A stretch of 64,000 nt of DNA from Candidatus Woesearchaeota archaeon. GTDB taxonomy: Archaea > Nanobdellota > Nanobdellia > Woesearchaeales > UBA119. This document shows positions 30,094-40,886 of the stretch, in pieces (positions within the stretch are counted from its first letter, which is position 1; each line of letters begins with the position of its first letter). The notes beneath the pieces were generated by a model. The model did not search any database and was not told the DNA's origin. It saw nothing but the letters and a program-made list of their open reading frames with translations. The translations under genes and the position numbers were made by a program. The stretch lies in the NCBI GenBank assembly GCA_035363095.1, contig DAOSEK010000001.1, positions 82,473 through 146,472 on the forward strand, read 5' to 3'.

Positions 30094-30810
30094 ATGGATA
30101 TTAGAGAGTTGTATAAGGATACGGCTGGAACAGAAACTGAATTTGATGGATATGATTGCGAAAAAGTATATCGTAAAGGTACAACAGATCGCTATGAGGT
30201 TATGCAAATTGGACCAAAAACAAAATTTTTGCGTTGTGAAGGAGTTGACAGGATTGGTAAGGTATATAGGATTACTACTTCAGACCGTTCTGATAAAGTT
30301 AAAGCGATTGAAATCGAACCCACGGAAGATCTCTTAAAGCTACTTGAAATGATGCATTATTTATGCGATGATGATGACGAAGTATTTGGTGTAGTAAAAC
30401 GCAGGATAAATACATCGGATATACGTAAGTGGTTAGGAGCATATAATAGGTTTGAAGCCTCATTTTATGGTAAGCCATTTGCTGGACTTGATGACCCTTT
30501 AGAGTGTTCGCATGGTAATTTTTACTTGGGTGAGAATGGTATTGCCTACGCTGTTGACGAAAATAATAAACCGAAGCAATATGATGAAAAAGTTTTCCTC
30601 CCCATAGAAGTTGATAAAATACCATATTTGATTCAAAGTATTCCAGATGGAAATGACAAGAAAAAACCTGAAGTGTATAAAATTATGAGGACACTTGAGC
30701 AACCAGAACACCTCGAATTAGAAATAGGAAAAGGAAAAATTGTTCAGGGTGTAAAGATTTCTGAACGTGACTTGGTTGATTTAGTGCTATTTGAATTTAA
30801 CAAAAGATAA
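30094..30810 (+). CDS. hypothetical protein
   Basis: 238-aa ORF, AGGTGA RBS, codon use atypical for the window (CGT/ACG codons). Confidence 0.7.
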   Translation: MDIRELYKDTAGTETEFDGYDCEKVYRKGTTDRYEVMQIGPKTKFLRCEGVDRIGKVYRITTSDRSDKVKAIEIEPTEDLLKLLEMMHYLCDDDDEVFGVVKRRINTSDIRKWLGAYNRFEASFYGKPFAGLDDPLECSHGNFYLGENGIAYAVDENNKPKQYDEKVFLPIEVDKIPYLIQSIPDGNDKKKPEVYKIMRTLEQPEHLELEIGKGKIVQGVKISERDLVDLVLFEFNKR

Positions 30811-31270
30811 ATCCTTAACTACACGATCTGATCCGTGTTTTTATTTTTCTTGTTTAATTCTTTTTTTTATTTTAAATTTTTTAATTACTTTTTTTAAAGA
30901 TTATGTCAGGTAATATCTGTTTTTATAATGGTCTGATTTAAGCGGTATTTGATTAGTATTGAATCTATATATGATTAAAAGGAATTTAATTGCAAGAAAT
31001 CTAAAACTTTATTTATGAGAACTTAAAAAAAGAAAACGCTAAATGGGCTTAAGAGAAAGATTATTATAAATGTTTTTCCCAGTTAAATATCTCTTTTAAA
31101 TGTTTTTTTTTCTAATATTTCTTTTCTCTTTAAATTTTCTTACCTTAAGCTCTTTTTTCCTTAAGGCTTTTCTATTTAAATCCGTTTACCTTTTGACTAT
31201 TTTTCTCTTCGAGCTATTTTCCTTTCAGCTCTGTTATCTTTAAGCTCTTTTCTCAGTAGGTTTTTTCTTC

Positions 31271-33172
31271 CTACATCTTTTTTTGTTTTATTTCATCTAA
31301 AAGCATTTTTGTGAAATCACTTAGTAAAACGCTTCCCATCACTTTGTTTTCGTATGTATTTCGAATATTAACCATTTTGTTTTTTTGCTCTTCTTCACCT
31401 ACGATTAATAGATATTTTATCCTTTGAAGATGGCTTTCTCTAATCTTTTTTCCTATTGTTTCAGAGCGAATATCTTTTTCAACCCTTATTTTGTTGTTGA
31501 AAAGCTCAGTATAGACTTTTTCTGCATAATCATTAAAGCTTTCTGAAACAGAGATTACTTTAACCTGAGTTGGGGCAAGCCACATTGGGAATTTGCCTGC
31601 AAAATGCTCTGTTATTATTCCGATAAATCTTTCAAGGCTTCCATAAATAACGCGGTGTATCATTATAGGTCTATGATTTTCGGTCCCATCTTCTCCCATG
31701 TATTTTAAATCAAACCTTTCAGGCATTGAAAAGTCTACTTGCACCGTAGCGCATTGCCAGGTTCGTTTAAGGGAATCAAATACGTGGAAATCTATCTTTG
31801 GACCGTAGAACGCTCCGTCCCCCTCGTTTATTTTATAAGGGGTTTTTAATTTATCCAATGCATTCATAAGAGCTTTTGTTGCTTTATCCCAAGCTTCATC
31901 GCTTCCTATTGAGTTTTTTGGCCTTGTAGAAACCTCTACTTTATATTCAAAACCAAAGGTTTTATAGAATTTGTCCACTAAATTTATTACTCCTATTACT
32001 TCGTTTTCTAGCTGAGTGGGTGTTACAAATAGATGAGCATCGTCTTGGTTAAAGCACCTTACTCTAAAAAGCCCATTTAAAACCCCGCTTAGTTCGTGTC
32101 TATGGACTAGCCCTACCTCTGCAATTCTTAGTGGGAATTCTTTATATGAATGTTTTTTTCCTGAATAAACTAAGATTCCTCCAGGGCAGTTCATTGGCTT
32201 TACTGCGTAATCAGCATCATCAATTTTAGTAAAATACATATTGTTTTTGTAATGATCCCAATGACCTGATTTTTCCCAAAGGGCTCTTGAAAGTATTATT
32301 GGGGTTTTTATTTCCTGATATCCTGCAATTCTATGTTCTTCTCTCCAAAACTCCATTAAGGCATTCCAAAGCAATACTCCTTTGGGCAAAAAAAAGGGAA
32401 ATCCTGGCCCTTCTTCTTTTATGTCGAAAAGCTCCATTTCTATGCCTATTTTTTTGTGGTCCCTTTTTTTTGCCTCTTCTATAAGTGCGAGGTATTCTTT
32501 TAAGAGCTTTTCTTCAGGAAAAGATATCCCATAAATTCTTGTAAGCATTGGATTTGCACAATCTCCCTTCCAATATGCGCCTGCAAGTTTTGTGAGTTTT
32601 ATGGCTTTAACAAAGCCTGTTGAGGGCAGGTGAGGTCCCCTACATATTTCGACATAGTCTCCTTGGGTGTATATTGAGATTTTTTTGTCTTCAATTTCGT
32701 TTAGGATCTCAAGTTTGTATTTTTCTTCTTTAAAGAGCTTTGAAAGCTCTTTTTTGTCAAGATGTTGATGGATAATTTCTAGGTTTTCTGAGACTATTTT
32801 TTGCATCTCTTTTTCGATTTTTAAGAAATCTTCTTCACTAATTTTAAGGTTGTCAAAATCATAATAGAATCCTTCTTCAATTGATGGTCCTATTGCTGGG
32901 AGTGCATTGGGATAAAGCCTTTTTACTGCTTGAGCGAGTATGTGAGATGAGGTGTGCCAAAATGCCTTTTTAGCTAAGGGGTCGTTGGAATCTAAGAAGA
33001 TTAGGGTACCATCTTGTTCAAGTGGTTTTTTTAGGTCTATTAGTTCATTGTTAAATTTTGCGCATATGAATTTTTTTGAGAATTTTTCTCCTATGCCCAT
33101 TGCAATTTCTATTGGGCTTATTCCTTTTGGGTATTTCTTGATTGAATCATCTGGGAATTTTATTGATATCAT
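31271..33172 (-). CDS. thrS: threonine--tRNA ligase (bacterial type with TGS and editing domains)
   Basis: HTSSHILAQA, CRGPH, RDHKKIG, KPMNCPG, HRHELSGVLNGLFRVR, GAFYGPKID, GSLERF. Confidence 0.97.
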   Translation of the reverse strand: MISIKFPDDSIKKYPKGISPIEIAMGIGEKFSKKFICAKFNNELIDLKKPLEQDGTLIFLDSNDPLAKKAFWHTSSHILAQAVKRLYPNALPAIGPSIEEGFYYDFDNLKISEEDFLKIEKEMQKIVSENLEIIHQHLDKKELSKLFKEEKYKLEILNEIEDKKISIYTQGDYVEICRGPHLPSTGFVKAIKLTKLAGAYWKGDCANPMLTRIYGISFPEEKLLKEYLALIEEAKKRDHKKIGIEMELFDIKEEGPGFPFFLPKGVLLWNALMEFWREEHRIAGYQEIKTPIILSRALWEKSGHWDHYKNNMYFTKIDDADYAVKPMNCPGGILVYSGKKHSYKEFPLRIAEVGLVHRHELSGVLNGLFRVRCFNQDDAHLFVTPTQLENEVIGVINLVDKFYKTFGFEYKVEVSTRPKNSIGSDEAWDKATKALMNALDKLKTPYKINEGDGAFYGPKIDFHVFDSLKRTWQCATVQVDFSMPERFDLKYMGEDGTENHRPIMIHRVIYGSLERFIGIITEHFAGKFPMWLAPTQVKVISVSESFNDYAEKVYTELFNNKIRVEKDIRSETIGKKIRESHLQRIKYLLIVGEEEQKNKMVNIRNTYENKVMGSVLLSDFTKMLLDEIKQKKM

Positions 33173-33825
33173 TTTTATGCCTCCGGTTTTTGTATCTTTT
33201 TTGTTTTTTTATTGGGTTTTTATTAAATAGTTTTTGTTGAAATCTCGTTTTGTATTATCTGTGTTATTTGTATTAAATTTAGATTATTTATTTTTGTTTC
33301 CTTTGTTTATTTTATTTACTTTATTTATTTTATTTATTTTTAGGTTTATTGCTTTTTGTTTAAATAGCTATCGCAATAAGAAATATAAGGACAAGACATC
33401 CTACTCGGTGCCATTATCGCGCATTTTGAGTAGGTGTTAAGTCAAGCGAATTAGTTTGTGCTTAATTGAGAAGAAAACGTGTGTGTATTTGTGAAACGCT
33501 TATATACACTTTGTTATTTAGATCAAGGTTAAATTGTATCATTTTTAGGTTGTTTGTTAATGGAATTTATAAATTTTTTGTATGAGCGTATGATATTTTT
33601 TAGAAGGCGTTTAGGGGCTTTTTTAAAGTGACTTTAAAGTGACTTTTTAAAATTCTAGTAATTATCTAAGGATTTATCAAAAGATTTAAAAAGAATAAAG
33701 AGAAATGGATTATGTAAGCGATGTAAAGAAGTTCAAATTAATTTGATTGGCATGTTGAAGTTGCGTTTTAAGATGTTTATTTTTATTGATTGAGTTTATT
33801 TATGGTTTTCAGATAAGGTGGTAAT

Positions 33826-33999
33826 ATGAAAAAAAAGGGAAGGGATATTGGACCAATGGCGTTTGTGGTGATTGGTGGTATTGTTGGAGCTTCATCGATT
33901 ATATTTAATTTGATTACAGGCACTTGGAAGTTTACACTTTTTATAATTGCAGGGTTTGCTTTGATGATATATGGATTTGTAAGAAATAGGGAAAACTAA
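33826..33999 (+). CDS. small 57-aa two-TM membrane protein
   Basis: AAGGTGGT RBS; MKKKGRDIGPMAFVVIGGIVGASSIIFNLITGTWKFTLFIIAGFALMIYGFVRNREN; not in ORF track. Confidence 0.65.
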   Translation: MKKKGRDIGPMAFVVIGGIVGASSIIFNLITGTWKFTLFIIAGFALMIYGFVRNREN

Positions 34000-35069
34000 A
34001 GTTTGTGCTGTTTTTCTTTTTTTGCTTTTGGCAAGAGATATGTTGTTTTGCCCTCGGAGCCACCAGCGATTTTGTCTGTGGAGATAAAATTGTCTTTTTC
34101 TAGTTTTTTAATTATTCTCTGAAATGTTTTGTAGGTCCCTTGACCACCTGATTCTGAAAAGAGTTTGTATGCGTCTCCTATTTTAATTTTTGTGTTTTCT
34201 TTGATTATCTCCATTATTTTTTTGTCAGAGTCTGTTAATGAATCTATTGGTTTTAGAAAAAATTGCTTTCTTAAATCTATTGCAGTTAATATGTCAGTTT
34301 CTTCAACTATTCTACTTGATCTTTTTTCAGCGATATTACCTGCTTGAAGCAAAAGAAATAATGCATATCTTATATCTTCTTGCAAGAATGTTTTTTCAGA
34401 TACTATTTTGATTGCGTTATCATTCCAAACTCCCTGATTGAATGCAAGTTCAATTCTTCTTTTTATTATTCCCAGTACTTCGCTAGGGGTATATTTTCTG
34501 AATTCTAAGATATCAAGGTTAAGTCTTGAGCTTATTCGCATGTCAAGATTTATGCTCCATTCTTTAAAATTTGTTACAAGAAGTATTGTCTTTTTGTATA
34601 TTTCTTCTAAAACGTAGTAAAGATAGTCTGTATCTTCGCATCTGTCAACTTCATCAAAGACAAATACTGCACTTGATTTGTTTATTATTTTTTTTGCTAC
34701 TTCAAATAATTCTTCAGTGTTTTTGTTGTGAGTGAATTGGTAGCCTATCTGCTTACAGATTTCATTCATTATTTTAAATGATGTGTTTTTCTGCCAACAA
34801 TTTATGTATATTGGATAGATATCATCTGTTTTTTCTGATAATTCTTCTATTATCTTTTTTACAGCAAGACTTTTTCCTATTCCTGCCCCGCCAAATATGA
34901 GAAGATTTCTTCCATTTCTTTGCATGAACAAAGGTTTTATACAATCTGCTATGTAGTGCTGTTCGTTTTCACGATAGGGTATTTCTTTAGGTGTATAGTC
35001 AAATTCTAATGCTATTGGATTTTTGAATATACTTTCATCGCTTTTTAGGATATCATCAAATAAGCTCAT
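33996..35069 (-). CDS. cdc6: Orc1/Cdc6 family replication initiator
   Basis: IPYRENE, GGAGIGKS Walker A, YINCW, FDEVD Walker B, RISSRL; start at MSLFDD. Confidence 0.9.
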   Translation of the reverse strand: MSLFDDILKSDESIFKNPIALEFDYTPKEIPYRENEQHYIADCIKPLFMQRNGRNLLIFGGAGIGKSLAVKKIIEELSEKTDDIYPIYINCWQKNTSFKIMNEICKQIGYQFTHNKNTEELFEVAKKIINKSSAVFVFDEVDRCEDTDYLYYVLEEIYKKTILLVTNFKEWSINLDMRISSRLNLDILEFRKYTPSEVLGIIKRRIELAFNQGVWNDNAIKIVSEKTFLQEDIRYALFLLLQAGNIAEKRSSRIVEETDILTAIDLRKQFFLKPIDSLTDSDKKIMEIIKENTKIKIGDAYKLFSESGGQGTYKTFQRIIKKLEKDNFISTDKIAGGSEGKTTYLLPKAKKEKQHKL

Positions 35070-35159
35070 ATTAAAATCAAAGTTTTTTTTTGGGTTTAAA
35101 AATCTTTTTGATTTTGCAACTCCATTTTTTGCATATTTTGAGTTTATAACCAAAACTTT

Positions 35160-35350
35160 AAAGCCAAAGTATGAGAATGAGCTGGATTTTATGAAATGAA
35201 AAACCTTGGCGTAACTTCCAAAATATCTCGCAAATAGTTGAGGTTAAATGTTGAGGTTAAATGTTATGTGAATCCATATCTTCAAACTTTAGAACCCAAG
35301 ACCAAGCCTAAAGACCAAAGTATGAGAATGAGCTGGATTTTAGGAAAACG
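35160..35350 (+). repeat. dispersed repeat: linker R, module Y, linker R
   Basis: Two direct copies of CCAAAGTATGAGAATGAGCTGGATTTTA flanking GAAAAACCTTGGCGTAAC..TATCTCGCAAATAGTTGAGGTT. Confidence 0.85.
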
Positions 35351-35440
35351 ATAAATGAGAGGGATGATTTTCACTAAAACACAATGTTTATAAAAAATTT
35401 AGATTTTTCATTTGGATAACTAGAACATAAAGGTGAGATA

Positions 35441-38050
35441 ATGAAATATGTGTATTCCTTTGATGAAGGAAATAAGGGTATGAGAGAGATTTTAGGTGGG
35501 AAAGGAGCTAATTTGTCAGAGATGGTTAGTTTAGGGATTAATGTTCCTTTTGGATTTACAATTGGAACTCAGGCTTGTAGTAGATTTTATGAAGATGGAA
35601 AGGTAATCTCTAAAGAAATTAAAAAGGAAATTGAAGAAAAGCTTAATGAAGTAGAGCAAAAAGCTGGAAAAAAACTTGGAGACCCTAGTGACCCTTTGCT
35701 TGTTTCTGTGAGGTCTGGTGCGGCTGTTTCAATGCCTGGCATGATGGATACTATTCTAAATTTGGGGCTTAATGATGAGTCTGTTGAAGGGTTATCTAAA
35801 AAGACTCAAAATGAAAGGTTTGCATATGATTCTTATAGAAGATTTATTCATATGTTTTCAGATGTTGTGATGAAAGTAGAACATTTTAGGTTTGAAAAAA
35901 TCCTAGAGGAGATTAAAGATAAGAATAATGCAAAATACGATTCTGAGCTTGATTCAAATATGCTTAAAGAGGTTGTTTTAAGGTATAAAGAGCTTGTGAA
36001 AAAAGAGGCAGGTCGTTTATTTCCACAAGACCCTAAAGAACAATTATATATGGCAATTGGTGCAGTGTTTGAGTCTTGGAACAATCAAAGAGCAATTGAG
36101 TATAGAAGAATTAATTCTATCAAGGCTTTGATCGGAACTGCTGTCACTGTTCAGATGATGGTGTTTGGTAATATGGGCAATAGTTCAGGGACAGGTGTTT
36201 GCTTTACAAGGGACCCATCAACAGGTGAAAAGAGATTCTTTGGGGAATATCTTACTAACGCACAAGGAGAAGATGTGGTTGCAGGGATAAGAACGCCAAA
36301 ACCGATTACTGAACTTGAAAAGGAAATGCCCAAGGTGTATGAAGAACTTTGTAGTATCAAGGACCGTTTAGAAACACACTACAAGGATATGCAAGATATT
36401 GAGTTTACAATTCAAGAAGGCAGGCTTTTTATGCTTCAGACTAGAAATGGAAAGAGAACTTCACAAGCTGAAGTAAGGATTGCAATTGATCTGTTTGAAG
36501 AGGGAATAATTGATAAAAAGACTGCAGTTTTGAGGGTTAATCCAAAGTCAATCAATCAATTACTTCATAGAAAATTGGATCCTTTAGATAAGGAAAAAAA
36601 TCAGGTAATAGCAACAGGACTTCCTGCATCGCCAGGTGCGGGGGTTGGAAAGCTTGTATTTGATCCTAAAGAGGCTGCGGAGTTAAAAGAGAAAGGAGAA
36701 AAGGTGATTTTAGCAAGGATGGAAACTAGTCCCGAGGATATAATTGGGATGAATGCTTCTGAAGGGATTTTAACTCAAAGAGGTGGAATGACTTCTCATG
36801 CTGCAGTTGTTGCAAGAGGTATGGGAAAGTGCGCTGTTGTTGGATGCTCAAGCTTAAATATTGATGAGGAAAAAAAGATTATTGAGATTAGTGGAACAAA
36901 AATTTTGAAGGGTGAATATATAACACTTGACGGATCAACAGGAGAGGTTTTTAAGGGAAAGATAAATACTGTTGAACCAGAGATATCAGGATATTTTGCA
37001 AAGATTATGAGTTTTGCAGATGAGTTTAGAAAACTTGGGGTTAGGACTAATGCTGATACTCCAAAGGATGCAAAGAAAGCAAGGGAATATGGGGCAGAAG
37101 GGATTGGTCTTTGCAGAACTGAGCATATGTTTTTTGATGGTGAAAGGATTAAGTCTATTAGAAAAATGATTCTTTCTGAAAGTCTTGAAGAAAGGGAATC
37201 AGCATTATCTGAACTTTTGCCAATGCAACGCCAAGATTTTGTTGAGCTTTATGAAGCTATGAAAGGATATCCTGTGACAATTAGGCTTTTAGACCCTCCT
37301 CTTCATGAGTTTTTGCCACCTGAATCTGAGGTTGAAAAGACTGCTAAAAAGTTTGGAATTGATAAAGAAAAGCTTAGGGAAAAGATGCACAGTCTTAAAG
37401 AAACAAACCCGATGCTTGGTCATAGGGGGTGTAGGCTTTGTATCACTTATCCTGAGATTTGTGTGATGCAGACAAAAGCAATAATTGAAGCAGCGTGCAT
37501 TGTTAAGGATAAAGGATTGGATGTTGAGCCTGAGATTATGGTTCCTTTGGTTGCTGATGTAAGGGAGCTTATCTTACTAAAAAAGATTATTATAGATACT
37601 GCTGATAAAGTTATTAAAGAAAAGGGCGTTAATCTTAAGTATAAAATAGGAACGATGATAGAGGTCCCAAGAGCTGCGCTAACTGCTGATGAGATTGCAA
37701 AAGAGGCTGAGTTTTTCTCTTTTGGAACAAATGATTTAACACAGATGAGTTTTGGTTTTTCAAGGGATGATATAGGCAAGTTTTTGCCTGAATATCTCAA
37801 AAAAGATGTTTTAGAGTCTGACCCTTTTCAAACTATTGACCAAACAGGTGTGGGCAAGCTTATTAAGATGACGGTTGAACTGGGAAGGGCTAGTCGCAAG
37901 GATTTAAAGATTGGTATATGCGGCGAGCAGGGAGGAGAACCGGATTCAGTTGAGTTTTGCCATAAATCAGGCTTGAACTATGTTAGCTGCTCGCCGTTTA
38001 GGGTTCCTGTTGCAAGGCTTGCAAGCGCACATGCAGCTTTAAAGGATTAA
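35441..38050 (+). CDS. ppdK: pyruvate, phosphate dikinase
   Basis: LGGKGANL, PLLVSVRSGA..SMPGMMDT, GGMTSHAAVVARG, GIGLCRTEHMF, FSFGTNDLTQ. Confidence 0.98.
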   Translation: MKYVYSFDEGNKGMREILGGKGANLSEMVSLGINVPFGFTIGTQACSRFYEDGKVISKEIKKEIEEKLNEVEQKAGKKLGDPSDPLLVSVRSGAAVSMPGMMDTILNLGLNDESVEGLSKKTQNERFAYDSYRRFIHMFSDVVMKVEHFRFEKILEEIKDKNNAKYDSELDSNMLKEVVLRYKELVKKEAGRLFPQDPKEQLYMAIGAVFESWNNQRAIEYRRINSIKALIGTAVTVQMMVFGNMGNSSGTGVCFTRDPSTGEKRFFGEYLTNAQGEDVVAGIRTPKPITELEKEMPKVYEELCSIKDRLETHYKDMQDIEFTIQEGRLFMLQTRNGKRTSQAEVRIAIDLFEEGIIDKKTAVLRVNPKSINQLLHRKLDPLDKEKNQVIATGLPASPGAGVGKLVFDPKEAAELKEKGEKVILARMETSPEDIIGMNASEGILTQRGGMTSHAAVVARGMGKCAVVGCSSLNIDEEKKIIEISGTKILKGEYITLDGSTGEVFKGKINTVEPEISGYFAKIMSFADEFRKLGVRTNADTPKDAKKAREYGAEGIGLCRTEHMFFDGERIKSIRKMILSESLEERESALSELLPMQRQDFVELYEAMKGYPVTIRLLDPPLHEFLPPESEVEKTAKKFGIDKEKLREKMHSLKETNPMLGHRGCRLCITYPEICVMQTKAIIEAACIVKDKGLDVEPEIMVPLVADVRELILLKKIIIDTADKVIKEKGVNLKYKIGTMIEVPRAALTADEIAKEAEFFSFGTNDLTQMSFGFSRDDIGKFLPEYLKKDVLESDPFQTIDQTGVGKLIKMTVELGRASRKDLKIGICGEQGGEPDSVEFCHKSGLNYVSCSPFRVPVARLASAHAALKD

Positions 38051-38279
38051 GTTTTTTTTTATTTTATAATTTCTTTTTTAAGAATTATTTTTCTTTTTTT
38101 TGGTAAAATTTAAGAGATTAGAGATGCGCAATGTTACTAATGTACGATGTTAAAATAGACATGAAATGAGAGAAAGAATAAGATTATTTTTTTGTTTTTG
38201 TAATTGCTAATGATTTTTTTTACTTGTTATTTCTTATCATTTTTTTAATCGCTAAATTAAATGAAGGTTCTTTAAAAAG

Positions 38280-38825
38280 CTATATTGAGTTTGCGGGATT
38301 TAGTATTGAAATGTACCAACTTTCATCAAGAATTTCTATTCCGTCAGTATCGTGTACTTTGTAATGCAATTTAATAATATGATTTCCAAAAGGCCATAAA
38401 GGAATGGACTTTTGGAATTGAGGTATGTTAATATCATACAGATTTCTTATTGATGCGTATTTTTCTGAGAGAAACTGCTCGAAAAGGTATTTTATTTCTC
38501 TGGAAGTATAACTTGACAACTCAGGGATATCAAAAGCCTGAGAAAAACAGGAATCTATTGTTTCTTTTGCGTTATCTTTGACTTCAAATATAAGAGCGCA
38601 TTTTTCAGATGCATGAGGAGAATTGTGAGTGTGAGTGCGATTGTAAATGTTTGCGATGATTTGCTCACACACTAGGGTTGCTATTTTGTATTCTGAAAAA
38701 GTGGTGTCTTTGAATAAATTCTCTTCTTTGAGGATACGGCCTAAGTTAAGCTCGACTGTTTTGTTGAAGTCTGTATAGTCATACTTGCTTAGTTTTTTAA
38801 TGCATTCTTCTGCCATTGTAATCAA
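38280..38825 (-). CDS. hypothetical protein
   Basis: 181-aa ORF with no recognised motif. Confidence 0.6.
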   Translation of the reverse strand: MITMAEECIKKLSKYDYTDFNKTVELNLGRILKEENLFKDTTFSEYKIATLVCEQIIANIYNRTHTHNSPHASEKCALIFEVKDNAKETIDSCFSQAFDIPELSSYTSREIKYLFEQFLSEKYASIRNLYDINIPQFQKSIPLWPFGNHIIKLHYKVHDTDGIEILDESWYISILNPANSI

Positions 38826-39058
38826 TCCTCATTTTTTTCTAGGTTTTTTGGTAGGGGCATTTTAGGTTAATAAGGCTTTTGAAACATTGGTATATATTCA
38901 AAATCATGACGGTTTAAGGATAGAGTTTAAAGTAGAATACAAAAGAAGTATAATACAAAAAGTGATGATTTTTCAGAAACATTTGTATTCGGAATCAGAC
39001 ACAAATCAGAACAATGTAAGAATTAAAAATAAAAAAACAAAATATAGAATAAAAGGAT

Positions 39059-39295
39059 TTATCTTCTTTTTCTTCCTCTTGCCATCTTGGCTTGAGCGAC
39101 ATCTCCGTCTTTATCTATAAAATAGAGGAATCCAGTCTCTTTTTTAACACCTGGTTTTGCTACAACTTCTGCTTTTCCTCTTTTGACATTTTTGCCTCTA
39201 GCCATTGGCACTCTGGCAACGTCGCCGTTCTTGTTTACAAAATATAAAAATCCTTTTTCTTTCTTTACTCCTACTCTAGCTACTTTCTTTGCCAT
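39059..39295 (-). CDS. small basic protein with two internal repeats (putative nucleic-acid binding)
   Basis: GVKKEKGFLYFVNKNGDVARVPMARG / GVKKETGFLYFIDKDGDVAQAKMARG. Confidence 0.8.
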   Translation of the reverse strand: MAKKVARVGVKKEKGFLYFVNKNGDVARVPMARGKNVKRGKAEVVAKPGVKKETGFLYFIDKDGDVAQAKMARGRKRR

Positions 39296-39417
39296 TGTCT
39301 ATTTTCCCCTCTTTTTTAGTTTATGTGGACTATTATTCCAAGCCCCTATACCAATCTTTAGAAGATATATTATATAAACTTTTTGTTTTTATTGACTAAA
39401 AGAGCTTTTGAAGTGAC

Positions 39418-39897
39418 CTATTTTTGGGGTTTTTGCTCTTTTTTTGAGAATATCACGTCTGCTTTTCCTGAGAATTCACCAATTCTTTCAATTATTGGCT
39501 GTACTATGTAGGGCATGAAATGTTCGTAAAAGAGTTGTTTTAAAGGCATGAATTCTTTAATTCTATAGCCTTGTGGAACTTTTTCTATCAGACCTAAGTT
39601 TTTTATCCTTCTCATCTGGCGCAGTATGTTTGAAGGAGTGATTCCGTTTATTTCAAGCTCAGTTTTTTCCCTTATGTGATATACATAATCTTCTACTTCT
39701 TTTATGCTTAGATGATTTTTTATTGCGCTATTTTCTATAAAACACATTAGAATATCTACAACAACATCTCGTGAGTCACCGGGTTGTAAAAGACCATATG
39801 ATAGGCAAAGCCTTTTTGATATCTCTCTTTCATCAAGATTTTTTGGCTTTTCATACTTTCGTAATGTTACTTGGGATAATGCTCTTTCGCGGACCAT
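39418..39897 (-). CDS. putative winged-helix protein
   Basis: TLRKYEKP, CLSYGLLQPGDSRD, SNILRQMRRIKNLGLIEK wHTH-like segment. Confidence 0.7.
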   Translation of the reverse strand: MVRERALSQVTLRKYEKPKNLDEREISKRLCLSYGLLQPGDSRDVVVDILMCFIENSAIKNHLSIKEVEDYVYHIREKTELEINGITPSNILRQMRRIKNLGLIEKVPQGYRIKEFMPLKQLFYEHFMPYIVQPIIERIGEFSGKADVIFSKKEQKPQK

Positions 39898-39967
39898 TTG
39901 AGTATTTTATTTGGAGTGTGCTATAAATAGTTTTCTAATGCGCATTGTTAAATAATTTTAGTATTAT

Positions 39968-40792
39968 TTATTTTTTAGGCTTTTGCTCGTTTCTTGCGGA
40001 GTAGAATAAGAACTCCTGAGCATATCCTGCATAATGCCCGAAGTACTCTTTGAAAAATGAGGTTATAAATTCTTTTGACTTTATTTCATTTTTAAAATAA
40101 AGCCTTTCGGTCTCTCTTTTTATCCATACATCAACAGGAAAGGCGTCATAGAACTTTAGGGAGAACAAACAAATGCACTCAGATACTTTATCGCCTATGC
40201 CGTTAAAAGACATTAGTATTTTTTTTGCATCAGAATAGTCAGTTTTTTTTATTTTGTCTAAAAGCTCTTTTGTTGCAATCTGAGAGCATTGATAGATATA
40301 TTTTGAGCGAAAGCCTGCACTTGATTGTTTTATCAATTCTAAATCCGAGATTTGTTTAGGAAGTGGGAATAAAAATAACTGTTTGTCTTTAAATGTTACA
40401 GGATTTCCAAAAGATTTAGAAATAGACAATATGTTTCTTTTGATTTTTGGGACATTTGAAGCCGAGCTACAGATAAAACTAATCATACATTGAAATAGGT
40501 CTTGGTTTATGATTCTTAAACCTAAAGAGCGATGTATTGCAGACTCTATTATTTTATCTTTTGAGATTTCTTTGAGCATGTTTTTGTAATCTAGATCCAA
40601 AGAAAAGAAATTGATTAGGAATTCTTCAGTAATGTTTCCATCAAAGTAAAGATGTTGCCCTTGTTGTTTTATTATAAAAAAGTTTGAGCCATCAACTACA
40701 AAAAAGACGCCATCTTCTTCAAAGTAGTTAAAGAACTGGCCACATTCAAGGGTTTTTTTAAGGTCAAATAAAGGTGCTTTTATTTTTCTCAT
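39968..40792 (-). CDS. 8-oxoguanine DNA glycosylase (OGG1-type HhH-GPD)
   Basis: TLECGQFF, GLRIINQD, GFRSKYI, GIGDKVSECICLF..FPVDVW, AGYAQEFLF. Confidence 0.88.
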   Translation of the reverse strand: MRKIKAPLFDLKKTLECGQFFNYFEEDGVFFVVDGSNFFIIKQQGQHLYFDGNITEEFLINFFSLDLDYKNMLKEISKDKIIESAIHRSLGLRIINQDLFQCMISFICSSASNVPKIKRNILSISKSFGNPVTFKDKQLFLFPLPKQISDLELIKQSSAGFRSKYIYQCSQIATKELLDKIKKTDYSDAKKILMSFNGIGDKVSECICLFSLKFYDAFPVDVWIKRETERLYFKNEIKSKEFITSFFKEYFGHYAGYAQEFLFYSARNEQKPKK

Positions 40793-40886
40793 TTTTTGGA
40801 AATGATTTTCAATGAACTTATTTTGTTATTTAACCATTATGTTTTTGGTAAACTATATAAAAATGGGGGTTATTACCCTTATTTAC

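Noticed and set aside
33234..33440. 68-aa Phe/Leu-rich ORF
   Set aside because: It arises from a T-rich low-complexity tract and has no RBS.
35070..35440. Replication origin beside cdc6
   Set aside because: No recognisable ORB/mini-ORB boxes; the repeats here belong to the dispersed family. Cannot be excluded, but unsupported.
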